This document shows positions 44,857 to 52,310 of a stretch of 64,000 nt of DNA, in pieces. Under the pieces are notes generated by a model, which was not told the DNA's origin, ran no database searches, and saw nothing but the letters and a program-made list of their open reading frames with translations. Made by a program: the position numbers and the translations under genes. Origin of the DNA: Chthonomonas sp. UBA2362 (GTDB lineage Bacteria; Armatimonadota; Fimbriimonadia; Fimbriimonadales; Fimbriimonadaceae); contig DDTO01000008.1 of the NCBI GenBank assembly GCA_002344135.1, positions 88,566 through 152,565 of the forward strand, in the 5' to 3' direction. The stretch's first letter is position 1, and every line of letters starts with the position of its first letter.

Positions 44857-46680
44857 ATGATGAAGTTCACGCTCGTCGCGTCGGCTTTGCTGACGGCTTC
44901 ACTCGCATTCGCCGAGGGAATTCCGATTTCGGTCACCGGCTACAACTGGGACGGCATCGCCAATGGCGCACCCACGAACAACGACCCTCCCGCGGTGCAA
45001 GCCAGCACCACGGGCACGCTCGATGGCATCTTCTGCTATTTCGAGAGGGGCTTCTGGTCCCTCGATGCCAACGTCGGGCTGCCGCCGGATGGAAAGGTGA
45101 CGTCCTACGTGGACAACCTGACGCGCTATCAGCTTCGGCCGGCCACGGGCGACAATCTTCTGCTTCTGCGCAACCTGTTCAACCCGTCCGGCACCCTGAC
45201 GCTGGTCACGCCGGGCTCCTATCGGAAGATTCACTTCCTGGTCACCGGGTTCAATGGCAGTCTGCCGGGTCGCTACACGCTCCACTTCAGTGACCTGAGC
45301 AGCACGAGCGGATCGTTCACCTCGCCCGACAACTTCAACCAGGTCGGTTGGGCGATTCGCGGTTTCGGTCGGGTGGACCGCGACAACGATGGGGTGTTCG
45401 CGAACCCGGCCCTCAATCCGCGAATCTATCAAGTGACCGTCGGCTTGAACGCCCTGGATGCGATGAAGACGCTCACCGCCATCGAGTTCTTCAACGACGA
45501 TGTGACCGGGCTCAATCACCACAACGTCGGCATCTTCGGAGTCTCAGGGGTCCCGACGACGGCGGATTCGATGCCGATTGCGGCGAGCGGATACGACTTC
45601 GACGGCGTGGCAGACGGGCCGCCCGTCGAGAACGACCCCTTCGCCGTACAGGCCAGCACCGACGGAGACCTCGATAGCCAATACGTGTACTTTTCCCAGG
45701 GATTTTGGCTCTCGAACCCGTTCGCCGGGCTGCCTTCCAGCGGGACGATCGTGAGTGCCCTCGACGGCAGCTCGATCTTCCAGTTGCGCCCCTACGACGG
45801 CCCCAACATTCTTCTCCTCCGGCAAGCGGGCTCGGGGCAGTCGACGAAGACGCTTAGCCTCGCAAGCCCCGATCGGTACAGCCGACTCTCGTTCCTCATC
45901 ACGGGCTTCAACGGTCGCCAGCCTCTCCAGTACACGCTGAACTTCCAGGGAGGAGGGACGTTTACGGACACGATCTTCGCTTCCGACAACTTCAACACGC
46001 CGGATTTCGCGATCAACGCCATCGGGCGAGTCAGTCGAACGACGGGGGCGTTCCAGAACGACGGCTCGAATCCGCGCCTCTATCACGCCGACGTGTGGCT
46101 CTCCGCCGCGGAGTCGAGCCAAGTGATCCAGAGCATCACCTTCTCGAACGTGGAAACGACCGGCGTCAACGCTAGAAACATCGGCGTGTTCGCACTCAGC
46201 GGCGTCCCGTCCTCCTCACAGATCACCGTTTCAGGGCGCGTCACCTTCGGCGACCGCCAGGGCAACTTCCCCTCGACGGTCGACATCGAGTTCAAGGATC
46301 CGAACAACCCGATCATCGTGGTTCATACCGCGATGGGCGTCGTGGTGGCTCCGAACGGTAACTACAGCACGTCGGACCTTCCGGCCACTTCCGGCTCCTA
46401 CCTGGTCGCAGTCAAGCCAGCGCCGTGGCTTCGAAAGACGGTAGGCCCTATCAATACCGGGTCGTCACACGTGGGCGTCGACTTTTTGCTGAGCAACGGC
46501 GATATCGACGATGATAACGAAATCGCGATCGGAGACTATGCTTTGCTCTCGTCGGCATTTGGCTCTGGGCCGGGCGATCCCAACTGGAATCCTGCAGCCG
46601 ACCTGGATGGCGACGACGAGGTCACGATCGGTGACTACGCAATCCTCTCGCAGAACTTCGGCATGATCGGCGACGAGTGA
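44857..46680 (+). CDS. secreted protein with internally duplicated ~215-aa domain and dockerin-type C-terminal cassette
   Basis: GGAGGGAGAAG-ATG at 44857. Signal peptide MMKFTLVASALLTASLAFA. Two homologous domains (about 44915-45560 and 45570-46215). C-terminus NGDIDDDNEIAIGDYALLSSAFG...DLDGDDEVTIGDYAILSQNFGMIGDE-stop. Confidence 0.75.
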   Translation: MMKFTLVASALLTASLAFAEGIPISVTGYNWDGIANGAPTNNDPPAVQASTTGTLDGIFCYFERGFWSLDANVGLPPDGKVTSYVDNLTRYQLRPATGDNLLLLRNLFNPSGTLTLVTPGSYRKIHFLVTGFNGSLPGRYTLHFSDLSSTSGSFTSPDNFNQVGWAIRGFGRVDRDNDGVFANPALNPRIYQVTVGLNALDAMKTLTAIEFFNDDVTGLNHHNVGIFGVSGVPTTADSMPIAASGYDFDGVADGPPVENDPFAVQASTDGDLDSQYVYFSQGFWLSNPFAGLPSSGTIVSALDGSSIFQLRPYDGPNILLLRQAGSGQSTKTLSLASPDRYSRLSFLITGFNGRQPLQYTLNFQGGGTFTDTIFASDNFNTPDFAINAIGRVSRTTGAFQNDGSNPRLYHADVWLSAAESSQVIQSITFSNVETTGVNARNIGVFALSGVPSSSQITVSGRVTFGDRQGNFPSTVDIEFKDPNNPIIVVHTAMGVVVAPNGNYSTSDLPATSGSYLVAVKPAPWLRKTVGPINTGSSHVGVDFLLSNGDIDDDNEIAIGDYALLSSAFGSGPGDPNWNPAADLDGDDEVTIGDYAILSQNFGMIGDE

Positions 46681-46683
46681 GCC

Positions 46684-46717
46684 CGTTGGGAGGCGTCGGT
46701 TTCGACGCCTCCCAACG
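46684..46717 (+). terminator. strong stem-loop (putative terminator)
   Basis: CGTTGGGAGGCGTCG-GTTT-CGACGCCTCCCAACG is a perfect 15-bp stem. There is no clean T-run afterwards (TATACTGTT). Confidence 0.55.
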
Positions 46718-46729
46718 TATACTGTTCTA

Positions 46730-47143
46730 GTGAAGCTGCTTGCGGTTGTTTCTTGGTTCGTCCTCTCGGCGGTCGTCTATGCTGAAAACTACGCTGGCAC
46801 CTACGAAGTGCTGCGTTATCAGAACGGAAAGAAGATCGACCCTGCGAAGGCGTCCAAAGCCTTGCTGACCTGGATGGAACTCGGCAAGGACGGCCGCTTC
46901 ACGATCCAGACGTTCGACAGGAAGTTCTCCGGTAACTGGACCGAAAAGGATGGACTTCTTCGACTGATCTCCGACCCTCGAACGCCGGGCAAGGATCGCT
47001 GGCCCGGCAAGATCGTACTGAAGCCGTCGCCGAACCGGGGCTTGCTCAAGATCGCCGAGCCGAAAGCCCTGGCCGAGCAGATCGAGTTCAAGTACGATCC
47101 AGGGGTCGTGGCGCGATTCAAGAAACTCGCCGGAAAGTCGTAG
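46730..47143 (+). CDS. hypothetical secreted protein
   Basis: 137 aa, GTG start, signal peptide MKLLAVVSWFVLSAVVYA. Lys-rich, no named motif. Confidence 0.5.
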   Translation: MKLLAVVSWFVLSAVVYAENYAGTYEVLRYQNGKKIDPAKASKALLTWMELGKDGRFTIQTFDRKFSGNWTEKDGLLRLISDPRTPGKDRWPGKIVLKPSPNRGLLKIAEPKALAEQIEFKYDPGVVARFKKLAGKS

Positions 47144-47591
47144 CCCGGCCGAAGATCTCCTCGATGATGCGAGCCCGGTGCTCGAAGACCGCCTCGACCC
47201 TTCGGCGAACGAAGAGCCGGTCGACAAGGGGCTCAAGGAGCCAGCCCGGCGCGAGGTAGTCGACTCGGTCTGTCACTTCAGTTTGACCGCCGACGGCCCG
47301 AAAACGGTGCTCGTGAATCCAAACGCGGTAAGGTCCCCGAAGCTGGGTGTCGATGAACCTGTGGGGCGGCTCCCAGAGCGTAATCTCGGTCCGCCAGTTC
47401 ATCGGCAAGCCGTTGAGGCGAATGCGATAGTCGATGAGCGCCCCCTCATGCATGTCGATCGGCAAGGGTGTGACGATCTCGAACCGCAGTTCCGGGGGCG
47501 TGATCCGCTGCAGGTTCTCCGCCTTCGAAAAGAACTCGAACACGTCCTCCAGCCGAGCCGGAACGATCTGGCGACCTTCGAATCGCCTCAT
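47118..47591 (-). CDS. SRPBCC-fold protein (cyclase/dehydrase-like)
   Basis: 157 aa. VFEFFSKAENLQRITPP...WRTEITLWEPPHRFIDTQLRGPYRVWIHEHRF matches the SRPBCC/START-like pattern. 4-nt overlap with the upstream MerR gene. Confidence 0.65.
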   Translation of the reverse strand: MRRFEGRQIVPARLEDVFEFFSKAENLQRITPPELRFEIVTPLPIDMHEGALIDYRIRLNGLPMNWRTEITLWEPPHRFIDTQLRGPYRVWIHEHRFRAVGGQTEVTDRVDYLAPGWLLEPLVDRLFVRRRVEAVFEHRARIIEEIFGRATTFRRVS

Positions 47592-48463
47592 GCCGGCACC
47601 TGTAGAAAGCCGAGGTCATCGCCGATCCGTGCGCCGATCGACTTGAGATCTTCGGCATAGGCGACGGCTCCCCTGCCCCCCGCGACGACGCGAACATGGG
47701 GCCCGACCTCTTCCCGAATCGCGCGGAGCTCGTCGGGCAAGCCAAGGTCGTCGGTTGGGTACACGATGCTCAGCGCCAATGCCTCCGCGCCGGTGCGGCG
47801 GACGACGATTCCGATCTCGGCAGCCGGCAGGTTCGGCCCCAGGTAGACCACCTGCCAGCCACGCAAAGCCGCCTCGATCGCGACGAGCAGCGCGCCGAGT
47901 TCGTGATGCTGTCCTCGCGGTGTGGTCACGAGCAGGAGCGGGGCGCCAGGCGGGGCGGCAAGGTCGGATCGGAGGTCATCGAGAACCGATCGGATCGCGG
48001 CGGTGGCCAGGTGTTCACTCGCGATACCGCCAGGGGTTTCCGACCATTGCCCGTCTATCCACCGCAGGAGCGGCAAGACGTCGTTGGCCACGAAATCGCG
48101 AGCCCCGGACTTTGCCAGCCGATCCTCGAGCAAGCGGCGCAGCCGGATCGCGTCGTAGTCGAGGATCGCCTGCCGGAGGGATGCGAGCCGATCCGCGAAC
48201 ACCTCCTCGGTCGATAGCCGACCGAGCTCCTCATCGCTGAGGTGGGCGATTCTCGGCAGGGAATGGCCCGCTCGTCGGAGACGAGCCAAGAGGGCCAAAC
48301 GGCGTGCGTCTTCCTCGGTGTAGAGGCGGCGGTTGGACTCGGAGCGCCCCCCGATTCCCAGGCCATACCGTCGCTCCCAAGCACGGATGACATGAGGGGT
48401 GAGGCCCGTCCGATCGGCGAGCGCTTGAATGCCGATCGTCCCTTTCGCGGCGGTGTCGTTCAT
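47588..48463 (-). CDS. MerR-family regulator with C-terminal cobalamin-binding domain (CarH/LitR-like)
   Basis: N-terminal HTH IGIQALADRTGLTPHVIRAWERRYGL...RLYTEEDARRL. C-terminal Rossmann-like B12 domain LLLVTTPRGQHHELGALLVAIEAALRGWQVVYLGPNLP (xxHxxG motif). Confidence 0.8.
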   Translation of the reverse strand: MNDTAAKGTIGIQALADRTGLTPHVIRAWERRYGLGIGGRSESNRRLYTEEDARRLALLARLRRAGHSLPRIAHLSDEELGRLSTEEVFADRLASLRQAILDYDAIRLRRLLEDRLAKSGARDFVANDVLPLLRWIDGQWSETPGGIASEHLATAAIRSVLDDLRSDLAAPPGAPLLLVTTPRGQHHELGALLVAIEAALRGWQVVYLGPNLPAAEIGIVVRRTGAEALALSIVYPTDDLGLPDELRAIREEVGPHVRVVAGGRGAVAYAEDLKSIGARIGDDLGFLQVPA

Positions 48464-48485
48464 GTTATGTCTAAGTATACGACAG

Positions 48486-48505
48486 AATTATTGCGAACGA
48501 TAATT
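48486..48505. promoter_or_regulatory. AT-rich inverted repeat in the divergent MerR/fasciclin promoter region
   Basis: AATTAT-TGCGAACG-ATAATT: 6-bp perfect arms with an 8-bp spacer, inside the only AT-rich stretch of the 95-bp intergenic region. Confidence 0.25.
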
Positions 48506-48558
48506 AGACGCATCTCGTAGCAGTGGGAGACGGCCCACAGGGGCCAAGGAGATCAACT

Positions 48559-49056
48559 ATGAAGAAGACGTTCGTTTCCCTCCTCGTCGTCGCTTCGCTC
48601 GCGCTCGCGGCTATCGCCAGTGCGCCTCGCAAGCAGGATATCGTGGACACCGCTGTCGGTGCCGGCGACTTCCAAACCCTCGTCGCCGCGGTGAAGGCTG
48701 CCGGCTTGGTCGAGGCCTTGAAGAGCAAGGGTCCCTTTACGGTCTTCGCTCCCTCCGACGAGGCGTTCGCCAAGCTCGAGAAGGCCAAGCCCGGCATCCT
48801 GGCTGATCTGCTCAAGCCCGAGAACAAGTCCAAACTGCAGACGATTCTCAAGTACCACGTCATTCCCTCGGAGGTGCGGGCGGCGAGCGCCGTCAAACTC
48901 AAAAACGGCACCATGGTGGAGACGCTGGCCGGGCGGAAGGTCAAGGTCGGCAACAAGCACGGCGTGACGATCGACAACGCCAAGGTCATCAAGACCGACA
49001 TCCTTTGCACGAACGGCGTGATCCACGTCATCGACACCGTTCTCATCCCCAAGTGA
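48559..49056 (+). CDS. fasciclin (FAS1) domain protein
   Basis: AAGGAG-N7-ATG at 48559. Signal peptide. FTVFAPSDEAFAKL, LKYHVIPSEV, NGVIHVIDTVLIP. Confidence 0.85.
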   Translation: MKKTFVSLLVVASLALAAIASAPRKQDIVDTAVGAGDFQTLVAAVKAAGLVEALKSKGPFTVFAPSDEAFAKLEKAKPGILADLLKPENKSKLQTILKYHVIPSEVRAASAVKLKNGTMVETLAGRKVKVGNKHGVTIDNAKVIKTDILCTNGVIHVIDTVLIPK

Positions 49057-49066
49057 TCCCGCCCCT

Positions 49067-49870
49067 TCATCCGATGACCCCCTCTTCATCGTCGGCGAGG
49101 GGGTCTTCGGGCTGAGTGAAGTCTGGATGCTGGCGGCACAATGGCAGAAAATCGCAGTGACGGCACAGGCCCTTGAATATCGGCGTGATTTCGGCGTACT
49201 CCCGGTGCAGGATCTGATCGCCGAGGAACCGCAGATCGCCGAGGAGTTCCTGCGTTTCCTCCTCGCTCAGGGACGCAGTGGCGCGCTCGCCGGAACGCAG
49301 CGCGACGAGCGTCGCAACCACCGGCTTACCTGGGTATCGATCGCGAACGAGCAGTTGGTAGCATCCGAGAGCCAGGTCCCCCAAGACATCCTCAGTGCAG
49401 ACGGCTTCTGGACCCGTCTTGTAGTCCACGATCTCCAGGGTGCCATCCTCCCTCTCATCGAGCCGGTCGATTCGTCCGAGCAGCTCCCAATCCCCCATGT
49501 CCATCCGAAGAGTCCGCTCGACGAAGAGCGTTCGTGCCGTCGTCGGTTCGAGGGTCACGCGATCGACGTAGGACTCGACGATCGCCCGTCCTTCACCGAG
49601 GGCTTCCTGCATCTCCTGTGCGCTGCCGTAACCGGCGTCGATCCACGACTCTTCCAAGGCGGCAAGGGCTTCGTGGGTGGTGGTCACTCCGGCATCTCCG
49701 GAGTCGTGGAATCGCTCGAGCACTCGGTGGAGTGTCGTACCGAAACTATAGTACGACCTCGCCCGCAGGTAGTAGCGGCCGCGCATGTCGGCGTAGGTCC
49801 AGCGATACTTCACCGGGCATGCGAGGTACGTCGAGATCTTGCTCGGGCTGAGGGTCGGCTTGCGAGCCAC
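49067..49870 (-). CDS. PD-(D/E)XK nuclease family protein, Cas4/AddB-like with Cys cluster
   Basis: GTG 49870, 8 nt after the stop of the upstream permease gene. LSPSKISTYLACPVKY (N-terminal Cys), GRIDRLDEREDGTLEIVDYKTG (D...D/ExK), C-terminal CRHCDFLPLC. Confidence 0.7.
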   Translation of the reverse strand: MARKPTLSPSKISTYLACPVKYRWTYADMRGRYYLRARSYYSFGTTLHRVLERFHDSGDAGVTTTHEALAALEESWIDAGYGSAQEMQEALGEGRAIVESYVDRVTLEPTTARTLFVERTLRMDMGDWELLGRIDRLDEREDGTLEIVDYKTGPEAVCTEDVLGDLALGCYQLLVRDRYPGKPVVATLVALRSGERATASLSEEETQELLGDLRFLGDQILHREYAEITPIFKGLCRHCDFLPLCRQHPDFTQPEDPLADDEEGVIG

Positions 49871-49877
49871 GAGCCGA

Positions 49878-50663
49878 TTATGAACTCGCGCTCGAGTAGT
49901 GCCGAAGGGCGAAATTCCAGAACCAGCGGGAAAAGAGTAGGGCCGCGAGTGACCACGCCACGCCGAGTCCGAGCATGCCGGCATTGTAGCCCTTCACCAG
50001 TTGGCTGGAAGGAACCGTGGCGAGAAAGGCGAGCGGAACGAAGTAGGTGAACATGCGCTGGAGTCCGGTGCTGTAGATGTCGAGCGGATAGCGCGCGACC
50101 TGCATGACGGTTTCCCCCAGCACCCACAAGTTGTCCACGCGTACGAGCCAAATCCCCAAGGTCATGAGGGCCATGTTGAAGGCATAGAAGAGAAGCGTTG
50201 CCGCCAGGAGCAGCACTACGTATGCGAACCATTGGGCGGCGCCGGGATGAACGCCGGATGTACTCACCCCGATCCAGACCATCGCGATCCCGGCGAACAG
50301 CGTGCCGATCTGATCGAAGTTGAACTTGCGGGTGGAAACCCAAAATTGGGTGTCGACCGGCTTCGTGATGACGAAATCGAGCGTTCCGCGCCGGACCTGT
50401 TCGGGGATCTCTTGAAGCGACATGAAGAGCGCCGACACGATGGCGTTCATCACGAAGCAAGTCGCCGCGAGCACGAACGCATCGCCCCGATTCCATCCCG
50501 CTACCGAATCGGTATTGCGGTAGATCACAAGCACGATCAGCAGGAAAAAGCCGATCCACACCACGTTCTGGGCGATCTTGGCAAAGAAGTTGGCGCGGAA
50601 TTCGAGTTCCCGTGCAAGGGAACTTACGAAGAACGTTCGGTAGATCCGCCAATATCGGCCCAC
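49878..50663 (-). CDS. ABC-2 type transporter permease
   Basis: 261 aa with about 6 TM helices. The N-terminus MGRYWRIYRTFFVSSLARELEFRANFFAKI is typical of the ABC-2 membrane_6 (DUF990) family. Confidence 0.65.
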   Translation of the reverse strand: MGRYWRIYRTFFVSSLARELEFRANFFAKIAQNVVWIGFFLLIVLVIYRNTDSVAGWNRGDAFVLAATCFVMNAIVSALFMSLQEIPEQVRRGTLDFVITKPVDTQFWVSTRKFNFDQIGTLFAGIAMVWIGVSTSGVHPGAAQWFAYVVLLLAATLLFYAFNMALMTLGIWLVRVDNLWVLGETVMQVARYPLDIYSTGLQRMFTYFVPLAFLATVPSSQLVKGYNAGMLGLGVAWSLAALLFSRWFWNFALRHYSSASS

Positions 50664-50781
50664 TCCGCTATGATAGTCGTATCGGCTGAGGCTGTTCCGA
50701 GGTGCACGAGGTATCGCCGGCCATCGCCAATTCCCGCTTTGACGCTTCGGCCAGACGGAGGGCCGTGCCAGAATTCAATCG

Positions 50782-51171
50782 ATGAAACGACCGCTCGCTT
50801 CGTTTGCTTTTGTACTCGGACTCGCGATGTTCCTTGCCGGATGTGCCGCCAAGGAAGAGTCCACTTCGATAGCGCCGCCGAAAACGGACGACAAATCTGG
50901 CTCTTCGGCCGAGTCGGCCAAGCTCGATTTCGTCAAGGACGTTCGGCCGACTCTCGAGGCATATTGCCTTCCCTGCCACGGCGGAAAGGGTCAAAAAGGA
51001 GTCACTCTGGATGCTCTCGCCACCAACGAAGCGGCGGCGGCCAATGCGGTGGTCTTCCGGGAAATGGCGGAGGAACTCGAAGCCGGCAAAATGCCGCCCA
51101 AGACGGCCAAGCAGCCGCCCGACGACGTCAAGGCCAAACTGATCGCCGATCTCAGGGCGCTCGGCGGCTAG
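50782..51171 (+). CDS. small lipoprotein with c-type haem-binding motif (planctomycete PSCyt1-like)
   Basis: MKRPLASFAFVLGLAMFLAGC (lipobox). VRPTLEAYCLPCHGGKGQKGVTLD carries CxxCH, followed by EAGKMPP. Confidence 0.6.
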   Translation: MKRPLASFAFVLGLAMFLAGCAAKEESTSIAPPKTDDKSGSSAESAKLDFVKDVRPTLEAYCLPCHGGKGQKGVTLDALATNEAAAANAVVFREMAEELEAGKMPPKTAKQPPDDVKAKLIADLRALGG

Positions 51172-52280
51172 GGGGACTCGGGCCGTCCGGTCTGGAGCGA
51201 TCGGACGATCGCATCCATCGTGCGCACGGTCTCCAGACCCTCGACCAGATCGGGGCTGTTCGGGCTCCCGTCGAGAAGGCGTGCGGCGAAGTAGTCGGCG
51301 TAGTTGCAGAACTCGCCGTAGTGCATGCCCTTGAGTTCGTGGCGGTAGTAGTAGCCGGCCATCGCGTGGTGGAAGTCTTCTTCGATCTCGATCCCTCTGG
51401 CGTCGTGACGGGTGAACCGAAGGTCCGGATACCGGGCCAAGGAAGAGCCTCCGGAGCCCATGAGAAAGCATTCGATGAGGCTTCGCGCTTTGGGAAGTTC
51501 ATGCATACCGTAGTGGCCGAAGACGCGGGCGATCCGGCCATCGGCTGCTCGGAGGTTCACGACGATCGCGTCGGGAGTCTTCATGCCGAAGCGCGCCCCC
51601 AGCTCGCTCACGAACCCGTATGCGTGGACCTCGACGATGGAACCCAGATACCAGCGAACAAGGTCGACGGGATGGCTCAGGCCAAGGTAGGCCCAGTGAG
51701 TGGACTCCAGTGTCCAAGGGCTCTTTTCGTAGTACCAGTCCATGCGGTGGACGTAGTGTGCATCGACGACCTCGACCTGCCCGATCGCGCCGGCCTCGAC
51801 CTCCTCTCGCTGCCGTTGGAAGGGCTCATAGAACCGCGTCGACTGACCAACCTGCAGGCGCCTTCCAGTCTCCTCGGCCGCCCGCAGTAAGCGAGGGATG
51901 TCCGCGGCATCGTTGATGAGCGGCTTGGTGCAGATGACGTGCTTCCCGGCGCGAAAGGCTCGCTCGATTTGGTCGGCGTGGAGGGCGTCCGGCGTGTAGA
52001 TCGCGACGATGTCGACTTCGTCGCGGGCGAGGAGCGCGTCGTAGTCGGGGGTAGTGAAGAGCCCGGGCACAGCGGCTTCGGCGGCCCAGCGCTTGCCCGC
52101 TTCCAGGTCGCATCCGGCTACGGCTCGGCAGAGGCCGCTCGCACGCAGGGCGACGAGGAGAGTGTGCCCTTCGTGAAGTCCGACGATCCCGATGCCAAGC
52201 CGTTCCTCGGCGGGCCGCTCACTGTAGGAGCGTCGAGCGCCGATCGTCGGGCGTCCGGTGGGCAGGGAGTCGGGGTGCAT
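51168..52280 (-). CDS. Gfo/Idh/MocA family oxidoreductase
   Basis: LGIGIVGLHEGH (Rossmann), VDIVAIYTPDALHADQIERAFRAGKHVICTKPL. Confidence 0.8.
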   Translation of the reverse strand: MHPDSLPTGRPTIGARRSYSERPAEERLGIGIVGLHEGHTLLVALRASGLCRAVAGCDLEAGKRWAAEAAVPGLFTTPDYDALLARDEVDIVAIYTPDALHADQIERAFRAGKHVICTKPLINDAADIPRLLRAAEETGRRLQVGQSTRFYEPFQRQREEVEAGAIGQVEVVDAHYVHRMDWYYEKSPWTLESTHWAYLGLSHPVDLVRWYLGSIVEVHAYGFVSELGARFGMKTPDAIVVNLRAADGRIARVFGHYGMHELPKARSLIECFLMGSGGSSLARYPDLRFTRHDARGIEIEEDFHHAMAGYYYRHELKGMHYGEFCNYADYFAARLLDGSPNSPDLVEGLETVRTMDAIVRSLQTGRPESP

Positions 52281-52310
52281 CTCTCATGAATACCCGACTC
52301 GGCTCTGGCG

